DNA of 64,000 nt, taken from Bdellovibrionales bacterium. Lineage in GTDB: Bacteria > Bdellovibrionota > Bdellovibrionia > Bdellovibrionales > JAGQZY01. A program made the position numbers and the translations under genes. The notes under the pieces are model-generated. The model had not been told where the DNA came from. It made no database searches and worked only from the letters and a program-made list of their open reading frames with translations. Position 1 is the first letter of the stretch, and the number at the start of each line of letters is the position of its first letter. Location of the stretch: contig CAXRHT010000001.1 of NCBI GenBank assembly GCA_964230645.1, forward strand, positions 480,001-544,000, read 5' to 3'. This document shows, piece after piece, positions 19,336-30,032 of this stretch.

Positions 19336-20655
19336 ATGCCAGGGGGCTCATCTATGATTTTGCGTGTATTACTTGTCTTCGGAACATTTCTACTGATCGC
19401 AGCGGTTTTGGTGGATAAACCTCTTCCTATTGGTGGACCGCAAGTTGCCTCAGAACAATCAAGTGTCACCACTCAAAAAAGAAAACAAGAACTAGGTAAA
19501 GTTCAACTTAATGTCAAAGTTCCAAAAGAAGAGTCCGTGATTATGAACGATCCGGCCATTCATAAAAAATGGGGTCTACAAAAATCAGATGCCCTCAATG
19601 CTTGGCAGCTCACAACAGGAAGTCGAGAAATTGTTGTCGCAATCGTCGATACAGGAATTGATGTGAACCATCCCGACATTCAAAAAAATCTGTGGAGGAA
19701 TCCTGGGGAATCAGGCCTGGATGCTAATGGAAAAGACAAAGCCACCAATGGTATTGATGACGACAAAAACGGCTATGTTGATGATGTACACGGCTGGAAT
19801 TTTGTGCATAACAATCACAATCTCAAAGACAACCATGGACATGGTACCCATATCGCAGGAATCGTGGGCGCTGAAGGTGGTAACTCTTATGGTGTCACAG
19901 GTGTGGCTCCTAAAGTGAGCCTTATGATTCTTAAATACTTTGATCCCAACTCAGCCAGTGGCAACCTGGTGAACACCATCAAAGCTTTTAACTACGCTGT
20001 GGAGATGAATGCCAATATTATCAATTATTCCGGAGGAGGCCTTGAGTACAGTCACAAAGAATTCCTTGCTGTAAAAAGAGCCGAGCAAAAAGGTATTCTC
20101 TTTGTTGCGGCTGCTGGTAACGAAAAAACTAATTCTGATTTCAATAAATACTATCCGGCCGATTATGACCTCGATAATATTATCTCGGTCACAGCACTGA
20201 ACCCAACTCTTAGAGTTCTAAGCTCGAGTAACTACGGAGTGAGAACGGTCGATATCGCTGCTCCCGGAGAGAATATCTACTCCACACTTCCCGATAAAAG
20301 TTTCGGTCCAATGACAGGAACTTCACAGGCCACAGCTTTTGTTAGTGGCGTTGCCGCCCTCTTGATGGCGCACAATCGCGAATTTGATGCTAAAGCCGTT
20401 CGTAAATATATATTGCGCACAGGTGATAATCTCGATTGGCTGAAAAATAAAACTCGCACTTCTAAAAAGCTTAATGTTTACCGAAGTCTCACGATGCTTG
20501 ATCAAGGCGTGGGAGCCTCAGGAGTGGTTGCTAACAACACGGCCAATCCAGAGTCCGATGTTTTTACCACTCCCGATAATAAAAAGCAGAAAGAAGACTC
20601 TAGCCTTAGTGGCTTTGGAAAATCTTTATTGAAAGCTATTGAAAAGAAGAAGTAA
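19336..20655 (+). CDS. Subtilisin-like S8 serine protease
   Basis: VDTG, HGTHIAG, AAGN and GTSQA catalytic motifs; N-terminal hydrophobic segment. Confidence 0.93.
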   Translation: MPGGSSMILRVLLVFGTFLLIAAVLVDKPLPIGGPQVASEQSSVTTQKRKQELGKVQLNVKVPKEESVIMNDPAIHKKWGLQKSDALNAWQLTTGSREIVVAIVDTGIDVNHPDIQKNLWRNPGESGLDANGKDKATNGIDDDKNGYVDDVHGWNFVHNNHNLKDNHGHGTHIAGIVGAEGGNSYGVTGVAPKVSLMILKYFDPNSASGNLVNTIKAFNYAVEMNANIINYSGGGLEYSHKEFLAVKRAEQKGILFVAAAGNEKTNSDFNKYYPADYDLDNIISVTALNPTLRVLSSSNYGVRTVDIAAPGENIYSTLPDKSFGPMTGTSQATAFVSGVAALLMAHNREFDAKAVRKYILRTGDNLDWLKNKTRTSKKLNVYRSLTMLDQGVGASGVVANNTANPESDVFTTPDNKKQKEDSSLSGFGKSLLKAIEKKK

Positions 20656-20697
20656 TACCCGCTAGCTTTTCTTTGCTTGCGCACCAGCGCTTGCAAA

Positions 20698-21936
20698 TTA
20701 ATAGTGAATAAGAAAGTTGAGGTTCACCAAGGACTCGCTTTCAGGAAAAACGTTAGTGGCCGCCAAGTTTTTGGAAAATTCTGTATTTTCCACAAAGGCT
20801 CCTAGACGTAACTTATTGCCTTTCAAGTAATAATTAAGGCCACCTGCCCAGGAATTCTGATCAAAGTCGCTCGTCTCAGAAAAACGATCCCATTTTTGCA
20901 ACCGAACAAAGGGAGCAATGTAGTGAAAGTTCGTAAATGTGTATTCTAATTGCGCAAACCAGCCCGAGCTTTTTCCTGTCTCAAGTGTTGCAGCACTAAA
21001 ATCTTTCACCATACCTTCAAAAATATAGTACTCGCTGGCAAAAGAAATAGGACCATAATGAAAGGAGAGCTCATAATTATAAAGGCGACGATCAACTTCT
21101 GAGTCTAAGGTATTAGTAGAAAAGCGAATATTGTCCACAAAAAATGCGCCGGCTCCGATGGTAAAATGTTTGCCATGACCAAATTTAGTCTCAGTCATCT
21201 TTTCTTCTTCCCATCCAGGAATTGGAGAGAGGCGAAGCCTGGTTCCATAAGCAAAACTTTGCCCTTCTATGCTTAGAGGAGTACGCTCGAGTGAATCTAA
21301 AAAACTATTACTATGGACACTATCGCCTACAACCCATTGTGCGCGCACTTTATTTTGCCAGTTTGCCAACAGCTGGATATTGGTTCCACGTCTTGCCTCC
21401 GAAATATAGTCGGCTGAATAATCGGAAATATTGGCTCGATTTAAAATCAAAAGCCTAGATGAGGAAACTGTTTGGCTGCGAGAAACATCGTATTTGGCTC
21501 GGAAGACACGCAGCTTAAAAATATCAGAATTGAACAAGTCCTTTATTTGAAAGAAGGCGTCACCTAGAGCAAAAGAATTATCCTGTGTGCTTCCCCGGTC
21601 CACCTCATCGGCGCGGATATCCATATAAATGAGATAATCTTTTTGAAATCCGGCCTCAAGTTGCAAGCGAGAACGACGCAAATACATATCTTGAGATTCA
21701 GCCGCGTCGATTCCTCCTAGCTCTCTTTGAACTCGGTTTTCAGCCACTCCCTGCAAACGTAGACCCACTCGTAAACGAAAATCACTTTGCTCTTGAAGAT
21801 TAGGAAGCTTTGTTCCCCAGCCAAAGGCCGACTCCCCTTTTCCTAAATCAAAAACAGGATCGCCTCCTTTTTGAGCAAAAACAGGCTGATACATTCCAAT
21901 TAGGAAAGATATAACGAAAAACTGACACTTCAACAT
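20698..21936 (-). CDS. Outer-membrane porin (OprO/P-like)
   Basis: Signal peptide; YLRRSRLQL motif; beta-strand pattern; aromatic C-terminus. Confidence 0.7.
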   Translation of the reverse strand: MLKCQFFVISFLIGMYQPVFAQKGGDPVFDLGKGESAFGWGTKLPNLQEQSDFRLRVGLRLQGVAENRVQRELGGIDAAESQDMYLRRSRLQLEAGFQKDYLIYMDIRADEVDRGSTQDNSFALGDAFFQIKDLFNSDIFKLRVFRAKYDVSRSQTVSSSRLLILNRANISDYSADYISEARRGTNIQLLANWQNKVRAQWVVGDSVHSNSFLDSLERTPLSIEGQSFAYGTRLRLSPIPGWEEEKMTETKFGHGKHFTIGAGAFFVDNIRFSTNTLDSEVDRRLYNYELSFHYGPISFASEYYIFEGMVKDFSAATLETGKSSGWFAQLEYTFTNFHYIAPFVRLQKWDRFSETSDFDQNSWAGGLNYYLKGNKLRLGAFVENTEFSKNLAATNVFPESESLVNLNFLIHY

Positions 21937-21960
21937 TTGACTACGAAACTAACGCCTTGG

Positions 21961-23808
21961 TTAGTTTCGCGCAATAATTAAATACTGTCCTTTTAAGATA
22001 TTGTTGGTTTTAAGATTATTGAGTCTCTTGATCGCACGAATGGTGGTACCAAACTTTTTGGCAATCTTATAGAGATTGTCCCCCGGGCGAATGCGGTAGC
22101 GCGTGGGCTTTGAGCGACTTCCTTGAATTTTAAGAGTCTGACCCACAAGAATTCGTCCAGAAGAAAGCCCATTAATTCTTTTAAGCTTACTAACACTCAC
22201 ACCGTGTTCTTTAGCAATCTCAGTCAGGTTATCTCCCCTTTGAACTTTGTATTTGGCAACTTTTCCACTTCGAGCTTTTCCACGAAGCTTTAAACGTTGG
22301 CCCACAAAAATACGGGAAGATCTCATTCCATTAAGCCTTTTAATTTTACCAACACTGGTTCCAAAGCGTCTTGCGATCTCGGTTAAATTATCCCCTCGGC
22401 GCACGCGGTACTGAGTGATGGAGCGGTTTTTCGCTTTTCCTTTAACCTTAATTTTCTGACCCACCATAATTCTGTTGCTTCGAAGGCCATTGATTCTTTT
22501 GATTTTCGAAACGGAAGTGCCGTGGCGTCTTGCAATTTCAGAGAGATTGTCTCCTCGGCGCACTCGATAGACACTGGCGTAGGAACGCCCTTGTCTCACT
22601 CGCAACCTTTGGCCAATGTAAATGCGGCTTGAGCGAAGATTATTAATACGCTTGAGTCGCCCCACCGATGTGCCATAGCGTCTAGCGATATAAGAAAGGT
22701 TTTGCCCTCTACGTACACGGTGAAAGCGAAAAGACTTAGCCACACGACTGGGAACTCTTAGACTTTTAATCCGATGAGTTTTCATGGCATCAAATTTTGC
22801 TAGCACATTGCTAGAAATTTCTTTCTTAATCCACAGTCTATAAACCTTAGATTTTGTAGGAGGCGTTACATCCTTTTTCAAATGAAAGTTATACTTTTTA
22901 ATGTCTTTCACTGAAAGGCCTGTGGCTTCAGCGACATGAGAAAGCTTAATGGGGCTTGGAACTTTAACTAGCTCCACTGGGGTCCATGGTTTTTTAGCCA
23001 CTTCATGAAAACCATACTTTTCAAGATTTCTACCGATAGTAAGGATGGCTAAAAACTGCGGAATGTATTCACGTGTATCGTAGGGAAGGAGGCGCCTTCT
23101 GGTAAGACTCCAGTAATCACGCGTTCCCCCACGTCTCATGGCTCGTCCCACTCGCCCAGGTCCTGCGTTGTAGGAGGCCAGAGCTAAATACCAAGACTTC
23201 TTTTGACGATGAAGTTCTTTTAAGTATCGGATCGCCGCAAGGGTGGAACGAATCGGATCGATTCTTTCGTCCACATAACTATTAATTTTTAAACCGTACT
23301 GCCTTCCCGTTGGAGCCATAAACTGCCAAGCTCCGACCGCTCCAGCTCTTGAAAGAGCTTTGGTGACATAACCACTCTCCAAAATGGCAAGATAGTAAAG
23401 ATCCGGAGGTAAACCGTTTGTCACCAGTAAGTCCTGCACGATTTCTTTATAGCGTGCCCCGCGATTGAGAAATCTTTGAAAACGCTTGCGGTCTTTTTTG
23501 GAATAATACTTTATCCACTTTTTCACCTTAGGAAGATGCTCCTGAGTTTCCATCTCATACTTGGGCTCAGGCTTCTTCACTACAATAGGCTGTGGATCTT
23601 CTTTGTCGGTTGAGGCCACGTTGCGATTGAACTGCTTAGCGATTTTTTGCAAAGAGCGTTTTTGAGCTTCAAGCAAAGACTCATCAAGCCCGTCTTCGAC
23701 GATTTCCTGGTATTCCTCCGGTTCATCTTGAGAACCTTGTCTGTGTTGGGGCGTGCTTGCGCAGCTGCTTAGCAAAAGAGCAAAAACAAAAAACAGTGGC
23801 CACTTCAT
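21961..23808 (-). CDS. MltD-like lytic transglycosylase lipoprotein with five LysM domains
   Basis: LSSC lipobox; AILESG, AVGAWQF, ASYNAG; five YxVxxGxNLxxIA repeats. Confidence 0.93.
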   Translation of the reverse strand: MKWPLFFVFALLLSSCASTPQHRQGSQDEPEEYQEIVEDGLDESLLEAQKRSLQKIAKQFNRNVASTDKEDPQPIVVKKPEPKYEMETQEHLPKVKKWIKYYSKKDRKRFQRFLNRGARYKEIVQDLLVTNGLPPDLYYLAILESGYVTKALSRAGAVGAWQFMAPTGRQYGLKINSYVDERIDPIRSTLAAIRYLKELHRQKKSWYLALASYNAGPGRVGRAMRRGGTRDYWSLTRRRLLPYDTREYIPQFLAILTIGRNLEKYGFHEVAKKPWTPVELVKVPSPIKLSHVAEATGLSVKDIKKYNFHLKKDVTPPTKSKVYRLWIKKEISSNVLAKFDAMKTHRIKSLRVPSRVAKSFRFHRVRRGQNLSYIARRYGTSVGRLKRINNLRSSRIYIGQRLRVRQGRSYASVYRVRRGDNLSEIARRHGTSVSKIKRINGLRSNRIMVGQKIKVKGKAKNRSITQYRVRRGDNLTEIARRFGTSVGKIKRLNGMRSSRIFVGQRLKLRGKARSGKVAKYKVQRGDNLTEIAKEHGVSVSKLKRINGLSSGRILVGQTLKIQGSRSKPTRYRIRPGDNLYKIAKKFGTTIRAIKRLNNLKTNNILKGQYLIIARN

Positions 23809-23826
23809 GTTGCCTCCTTGGTGATT

Positions 23827-24432
23827 TTATGGGCGTCGGTAAAGTAATAAAGCGATAAACATAAGCATAAACGAAAAACCCAATCCGATGAGGTTTCTCG
23901 CTGCGGGATTGAAAAATCCCACCAAAATGAGGGATAGACTTACGAATAAAGCCCCCCACAAAATGGTCTTGGTAATAAAGTCGATTGGCAACTCTTTGAT
24001 AGCCGAATCATTGGATGGGGCCGGTAAGGCTTGGATCGTTAGGCGTGAGAGAGCTTGCTTTCTCATCACCTCTGCGATGTCGTCTTCTCGGTCGATCTCT
24101 AACATTCTCGAATAGTGATGGACCGCAAAAGGAAGAGCTCCATTTTCTTGGCAAACTTTAATAAAGTTCTGGTGCTCATCTTGGTCGTTGTAGTTCACAA
24201 CCACTTGCTTCCATTTTTTATCTAACTTTTTAATATCTGAATCGGTGAGATGATCGATCCCTCCGATGGCCTGCTTGGTTGAGTTTAATTTTGTTCGGTC
24301 TTCAAATTTTTGTACCACAACACCGCAGGAGAAACATTCCGAGTGGCCAGCGACCATCTCTTTTCCACAGGCTGGACAATTTTGGTAAGACTCACCAAAA
24401 CCTGTTGCAAACTCCATCTGATATTCGTCCAT
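23827..24432 (-). CDS. Zinc-ribbon membrane protein
   Basis: CPACG...CFSCG; two C-terminal TMs; GGAG RBS. Confidence 0.8.
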   Translation of the reverse strand: MDEYQMEFATGFGESYQNCPACGKEMVAGHSECFSCGVVVQKFEDRTKLNSTKQAIGGIDHLTDSDIKKLDKKWKQVVVNYNDQDEHQNFIKVCQENGALPFAVHHYSRMLEIDREDDIAEVMRKQALSRLTIQALPAPSNDSAIKELPIDFITKTILWGALFVSLSLILVGFFNPAARNLIGLGFSFMLMFIALLLYRRP

Positions 24433-24500
24433 GAATAATCTCCATCAAAAAATAATATTTCTAAGTAGATCGTACCATAGCTTTTAAGTATTATAAACTT

Positions 24501-26045
24501 ATGCAAAAACGATTCCGGCACTACCTTCTTCCTATTCTATCAGGATTCTTCATTGGAACAAGCTATATACCTTTCCCCCCCTGGGCCTTGCTGTTTTGCC
24601 TCACCCCCCTTTGGGTGTTTTGGTGGAAAGAAAGTTCCTATAAAAAGGTGTTTTTTGCCGGGTGGATTTCGCAGTTTATTTTAAACGCCATTGGGTTTCA
24701 CTGGATCGCTCACACCACAGTAGAATTTGGACGGATGCCCTGGCCCGCAGGACTAGCGGTGCTTTTACTGTTTTGCACTCTTGCCCATCTCTACTACCCC
24801 ATTGCTGGAGTTTTGTGGAAATTTCTGGTTGTGAAACTAAAAATATCTCAAACAACCTCGCTCCTCTTACTCCCTCTGGTCTTTATTTTGTGTGAAAGAC
24901 TTTACCCGACAATTTTTTATTGGCACCTGGGTTACCCTTGGCTTTGGGCTAGCCTGCCTGGCTACCAGATCACTGAATGGATTGGTTTTTTTGGTTTAAA
25001 CCTCATCACCCTTTTTATTAATGCTCTTTTTGCTTTGTTCTGGTTGCATCGAAAGAAGAGCCAGTGGCTCCATAAATATTCTGTTCTTGCCATTGCCATC
25101 TTTATTTTGGTCAACATTCTAGGACTGATCCAGAAAAGCCTTCTTCATCCCCCCGATCAAAAGGCGCGCATACTGATGGTCCAAGGTAACGTCGGGAACT
25201 TAGAGAAAATCCAAGCCGAAGTGGGTGTGGGCTACCAAGAAAAGATTGTGAAAGATTTTATTAGGCTCACTGAAGAAGGCATTGAAAAATATGGCCAGGT
25301 GGACCTGGTCGTTTGGCCTGAGACCGCTTTTCCAGAGGTCCTTCACCCCGGTGTGATTCGCCGCTTTCGCCGCCAGCTGGGAATTATGACAAACAATCGC
25401 GATATTGAGCTCCTCACCGGGGCTTACATGAGAAAAGATCACTACGGCCAAGTCTACAACGGCCTTGTACTCATGAAGGGCGGCAAGGATCTCAGTAGTT
25501 ATCAAAAAACCATTCTCCTGGCTTTTGGAGAGTATTTCCCCTTCTCCAAGCATTTTCCTAAACTCAAGGAGCTCTTCCCCATGGTTTCAGACTTTGGTCG
25601 TGGCGAAGGGCCAAGCATCATCGATTGGGAGAAGGCTCGCATCGGTGCTCAGATTTGCTACGAAGGGCTTTTTGATGAGTTTTCAACAAGCCTTAAACAA
25701 AAAGGTGCCCAAATAATCATCAATGTGACCAATGACTCTTGGTTCGGTTACCCCTTTGAACCCTACCAGCATATGTATATGACGCTGGCTCGAGCCATTG
25801 AAAACCGCGTCCCTCTTGTCAGAGTGACCAACACAGGGATCACCACGGCCATTGAACAAGACGGCCGCATTCATGAGTTCTCACCGCGCAACAAAGAATG
25901 GGTGGGACTGGCGGAAATTTCCTTTCACTCTACACCCGTGAAGACCTTTTATGTTAAACTGGCGGACAAATGGCCCCTGATTTTGCTTCTATTGATTGGG
26001 TTGTTGGTTGGAGGAGACCGAATTGCAAGAACTCGCAAACATTGA
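24501..26045 (+). CDS. lnt: Apolipoprotein N-acyltransferase
   Basis: QGN, WPETA, GEYFP, QICYE and NDSWF motifs. Confidence 0.96.
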   Translation: MQKRFRHYLLPILSGFFIGTSYIPFPPWALLFCLTPLWVFWWKESSYKKVFFAGWISQFILNAIGFHWIAHTTVEFGRMPWPAGLAVLLLFCTLAHLYYPIAGVLWKFLVVKLKISQTTSLLLLPLVFILCERLYPTIFYWHLGYPWLWASLPGYQITEWIGFFGLNLITLFINALFALFWLHRKKSQWLHKYSVLAIAIFILVNILGLIQKSLLHPPDQKARILMVQGNVGNLEKIQAEVGVGYQEKIVKDFIRLTEEGIEKYGQVDLVVWPETAFPEVLHPGVIRRFRRQLGIMTNNRDIELLTGAYMRKDHYGQVYNGLVLMKGGKDLSSYQKTILLAFGEYFPFSKHFPKLKELFPMVSDFGRGEGPSIIDWEKARIGAQICYEGLFDEFSTSLKQKGAQIIINVTNDSWFGYPFEPYQHMYMTLARAIENRVPLVRVTNTGITTAIEQDGRIHEFSPRNKEWVGLAEISFHSTPVKTFYVKLADKWPLILLLLIGLLVGGDRIARTRKH

Positions 26046-28359
26046 TTGGGATAAAACGCTCTACCATCTCGTCGAATTTGCAACTTCCTCTGAAGGCAAA
26101 GACGCTCTAAAGAAAACAATTCCTCTGCTGGATAAAAAAGAGGCCGAAAAAAGTTTTGCGACAATTGACGAAGCTCAAAATATTTTAAAAACGGGACAAC
26201 GTCCCTATATGGAAAGTCTTGATCTTTTTCACTCTTGGTATTTACGCCTTGAAAAAAATGCGGTCTTAAAAACAATCGAACTCAAAGACATCAGACTTTT
26301 TCTTCTGGAAACGGAAAATCTTAGCCAGATACTTAAACCCTTAAAAGGCGACTGGATCGAATCGATCAAACCGGAACTTATGGCTTCAAAAGAGCCTCTT
26401 TCTAGCATCGAACATTTAATGACCTCTCAAGGGGATATTCGCACCGACGCCTCAGAGAACTTGTTTAAACTGCACCAAGAGAAAAAGCAGCTCGCTTCAA
26501 AGGTACAAAACACTCTTGATGAACTCGTTAAGGGTCACGATCACGATCCCCATTTACAAGATAAATACGTCACCAACCGCGAGGGCCGCTGGGTGATACC
26601 CATAAAAAGTGGAATGCGCCATGAACTCGATGGCATTATTCATGCCACCAGTTCTTCTAAACAAACGGTTTTCATGGAACCCCAGGAAATCGTTCCGCTT
26701 AATAACCGCATCAAGCAAATTGAAATTGAGATTGAAAAAGAGATCGCAAAGCTTCTTAAACAGATTTCCGATTACCTTTTTAATTTAATCACCGACTTTT
26801 CAAGAACCCGTGAGGTTCTCTTAGAGGTGGACTGCTACCTTGCCAAAGCGCAATTTGCCAATGTCACCTCCGCTTCCGCGATTGAGTTTTGTGAGGATCA
26901 AATTGTTCTTGATAATCTCAAGCACCCTCTTATGGTTCTTAATGGTGAAGTGGTGATTCCCAACAGCTTAAGTCTTGATAAAAATGAAAAAATTCTGATT
27001 CTCTCAGGTCCCAATGCCGGTGGTAAAACAGTCTTACTAAAATCTTTTGGTTTGGCCGCACATATGGCGCGCTGTGGACTTCCTATATGCGCTGGCCCCC
27101 ACTCTAAGATTCCCTTCTTTGAAGAAATTTACATCGCTGTGGGAGACTCGCAAAGTGTGGATCAGAGCTTAAGTACTTTTGCTGGCCACCTGAAAGTTTT
27201 GGATCAGGCCTGTCACGCACAAGGAGCAAAGTCCCTTGTGCTCATTGACGAGATTTGCGGCTCCACCGACCCGGACGAGGGTGCGGCCCTTGCACGAGGT
27301 TTTATTCACCATTACGCCTATCAAGGAGCTTTTGGTCTGATCACCTCTCACTTGGGCCCGCTCAAATCAGGATGGGAAGAGAACTCAGGAATTGTGAACG
27401 GTTCCATGAATTACGACACCGAATCAGGGCGCGCCACTTACGAATTCATCCGTGGGATCGCTGGAAAATCCTTAGCTTTTGCAACGGCCAAGAAAATTGG
27501 AATACTCGATAGCGTTTACAATAACGCCAAAATGTTCCTTAGTCCCGCCGGTCAAAGGCGACTCCAATCCATGGAAGAAGTGGAGAGAATGAAAGAGGAA
27601 ATCTCTCAACTTAAAACGAAAGTGCGAAGTGAGTTGGCGGAAGCTGACAAGAAGCAAAAAGAGTACGAAAAACTCATTCGCGAATTTAATTACCAAAAAG
27701 AAGAACGGCTCCAAAAAGAAATAAAAAAGTCTCTTGATAAAATCAAAGAGGATATGAAAAAGGGACAGGTGAAAGATATTTTTGCCTCCCACGAACGCCG
27801 AGAAAAAATTTCGGCTGACTTTCCCGAGGTGGTTAAATACTCACAAAGTGCCAGTTCGAGTGAGCCCCAATACGACACCGTGGAAAAGTTTACGAAAGCC
27901 TTCCCCCCAGGGAGTGTGGTTTTTGTAACGAGTCTGAATCAAGATGGCATCGTACAAGGAAGCCCAAATGCCAAAGGCGAAATACCCATTCTTTCAGGCT
28001 CCATGCGCTTATTTGTGGACTGGAACTTACTCAAGCCGCCCAAGAAAACTCAAAATCCTCTGAAGAAAAAAAGTAACAACAAAAACTCAGAGATTGTTTA
28101 TGACACTAAAAAAGATGAACTCGATCTGCGAGGCTTGAGCGCCAACGAAGCCATTGAGAAATTGGAAATCTCTTTAGATAAGGCCACTGTCAATAATATT
28201 GAAAGAATTAAAATCGTTCACGGCAACGGCTCCGACACTCTCAAAAAGGCAGTGCGCTCTCACCTCTCAAGAAGTGTCTACATCTCTCGCTGGCAAGTCT
28301 CCGGCCCCAGCGAAGGTGGTGACGGCGTGACCCTAGCCTACATCATGCTCGACAAATAA
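26023..28359 (+). CDS. mutS2: MutS2 (ATPase plus Smr domain)
   Basis: SGPNAGGKT, IDE.CGSTDP, LDLRG...VHGNG. TTG 26023 follows GGAGGAG and overlaps the lnt end. Confidence 0.95.
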   Translation: MQELANIDWDKTLYHLVEFATSSEGKDALKKTIPLLDKKEAEKSFATIDEAQNILKTGQRPYMESLDLFHSWYLRLEKNAVLKTIELKDIRLFLLETENLSQILKPLKGDWIESIKPELMASKEPLSSIEHLMTSQGDIRTDASENLFKLHQEKKQLASKVQNTLDELVKGHDHDPHLQDKYVTNREGRWVIPIKSGMRHELDGIIHATSSSKQTVFMEPQEIVPLNNRIKQIEIEIEKEIAKLLKQISDYLFNLITDFSRTREVLLEVDCYLAKAQFANVTSASAIEFCEDQIVLDNLKHPLMVLNGEVVIPNSLSLDKNEKILILSGPNAGGKTVLLKSFGLAAHMARCGLPICAGPHSKIPFFEEIYIAVGDSQSVDQSLSTFAGHLKVLDQACHAQGAKSLVLIDEICGSTDPDEGAALARGFIHHYAYQGAFGLITSHLGPLKSGWEENSGIVNGSMNYDTESGRATYEFIRGIAGKSLAFATAKKIGILDSVYNNAKMFLSPAGQRRLQSMEEVERMKEEISQLKTKVRSELAEADKKQKEYEKLIREFNYQKEERLQKEIKKSLDKIKEDMKKGQVKDIFASHERREKISADFPEVVKYSQSASSSEPQYDTVEKFTKAFPPGSVVFVTSLNQDGIVQGSPNAKGEIPILSGSMRLFVDWNLLKPPKKTQNPLKKKSNNKNSEIVYDTKKDELDLRGLSANEAIEKLEISLDKATVNNIERIKIVHGNGSDTLKKAVRSHLSRSVYISRWQVSGPSEGGDGVTLAYIMLDK

Positions 28360-28364
28360 CCACC

Positions 28365-28453
28365 TCACCCCATGGTACCTGCTTCCCAATGGTAGCGATC
28401 CCGCGTCACCCAGTGGTACCTGCTTCCCGATGGTAGCAATAGTGCGTTAGCAA
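28365..28453 (+). repeat. Repeat family 2, two tandem 41-bp units (GGTACCTGCTTCCC...GGTAGC...GCGTCACCC)
   Basis: Units start at 28374 and 28415; further copies at 36430 and 49438. Confidence 0.85.
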
Positions 28454-28482
28454 ATTGCGACGCTCTTTCAATTCTGTTGTAT

Positions 28483-29823
28483 TTACAGGTCAGTGAAATG
28501 TCCCATAAGATCAGGCCTTGGTCTCAAGGTTACGGCTGCTTGGGAGCCAATATTCTGGGAGTTACTAATCTCAAACTTATAGTGCTTAAGAAAATGAGCG
28601 AGAATTATTTTAGCTTCGATGTAGGCAAAGCCCTCGCCGATACACTGTCTTGGACCACCGCTAAAGGGAAAATAGGAAAAGGGAGTGTAGTTCTTTTTGA
28701 AATCTGGATCTAAAAAGCGGGAGGGATCAAACCTCTCGGCATCGGGCCAGTACCTTTCATTGCGCTGAACCAGGTATTGAAAGGCTGGAACGATAGCCCC
28801 CTTTGGAATATAATGCCCATCTATCTCATCTTCCTCTCTTGCCACTCGAACAAGGCTCGGTACCGGTGGATGGAGCCTGAGAGATTCCTTGATCACCGCC
28901 TCCAAATAGGTCAGCCCCTGTAAACTTTCTGAGGTGATGTTATTTTCATCAAAATCCTTAACTTCTTCTCGAATACTGTTTTGAGCTTCGGGGTTTTGAT
29001 CAAGGAGGTAGAGCGTCCAGTTGAGTAAATTGGAAGTGGTTTCATGCCCGGCTGCAAGAAAAGTAAATATCTGATGTTGTAGCTCTCTAGGGGTGACTTT
29101 GATCTTCTCAGCTTTTGCACTTTTAAGAATATTGGTGATGATATTGTTTACGGAAAGCTCCTGCTTTTCGCCTGACTCCGCCAGACGCTCGGAAATTTTA
29201 TTAAGAGCTTTTCTTAATTTTTTAGCTCTTAAATTTTTAGGGGTGGGTATCCACTCGGCATTACGGGTAGGATCTTGAAGTTTAAGAGCAGCAAGATCAG
29301 AATACTCCGGTAAGTACTCGTTGATGATAGCCATTTCGTCTTGGCTAAGATCCTCTCCAAGAAAGCAACTCGCAGCCACTTGCATAGAAAGCCAGTTCAT
29401 GACCGCCGAAATATTCACTTGTTTATTTTTATTCTGTTCGCCAAAAGCTCTTGCTAGCGTGATCACCTTCGGGATCATTGTTTCCACATTTTTAGGATGG
29501 AAGGTGGAGGCCACCGTTTTACGTTGCTCTCGCCATTTCTGCCCCTGGGTAAGAACTAAGCCCTCCCCCATAATATCCCCCAATAACCAGCGCGGAATAT
29601 CTTTGGAATAATTATCAATATTGTCTTTTAAGATTCTCTGAGCTGAGGAAGCCGTGGAAAACACAAACCACTCTTTACCCTGAAATTTATAGTAAAAGAC
29701 ATCACCGTACTGTTTCCTTGTGGCATCAAAGCCTTCAATGAAGTTGGTTCTCACTGACAATAGGAACTTCACGGATTCCAGCCCCTTTGGTCCAGGAGGT
29801 CTTTTCTTTGGGTCAGCCTTCAT
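28483..29823 (-). CDS. Cytochrome P450
   Basis: PPGP, AAGHETT, ESLR, FDPSRF and FSGGPRQCIG heme motif. Confidence 0.97.
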   Translation of the reverse strand: MKADPKKRPPGPKGLESVKFLLSVRTNFIEGFDATRKQYGDVFYYKFQGKEWFVFSTASSAQRILKDNIDNYSKDIPRWLLGDIMGEGLVLTQGQKWREQRKTVASTFHPKNVETMIPKVITLARAFGEQNKNKQVNISAVMNWLSMQVAASCFLGEDLSQDEMAIINEYLPEYSDLAALKLQDPTRNAEWIPTPKNLRAKKLRKALNKISERLAESGEKQELSVNNIITNILKSAKAEKIKVTPRELQHQIFTFLAAGHETTSNLLNWTLYLLDQNPEAQNSIREEVKDFDENNITSESLQGLTYLEAVIKESLRLHPPVPSLVRVAREEDEIDGHYIPKGAIVPAFQYLVQRNERYWPDAERFDPSRFLDPDFKKNYTPFSYFPFSGGPRQCIGEGFAYIEAKIILAHFLKHYKFEISNSQNIGSQAAVTLRPRPDLMGHFTDL

Positions 29824-30032
29824 GCTCAGATATCCTTTTCTATCAAGGGAATTGCCGTATTATAGAAAGCTCGCCAATTGAAAGTCGACCCCCTAGGCCA
29901 GCGCCCTGCATCATGTAAGGAAATGAAAAAGAATTAGGGATTTTATCCTTGCTCTCCGAAAGTGAGCCCTTATCATTTTTATAAACATCATTGCACATTC
30001 TTAATTGATTCAGCAAAAGCGCGGGAGAATTT

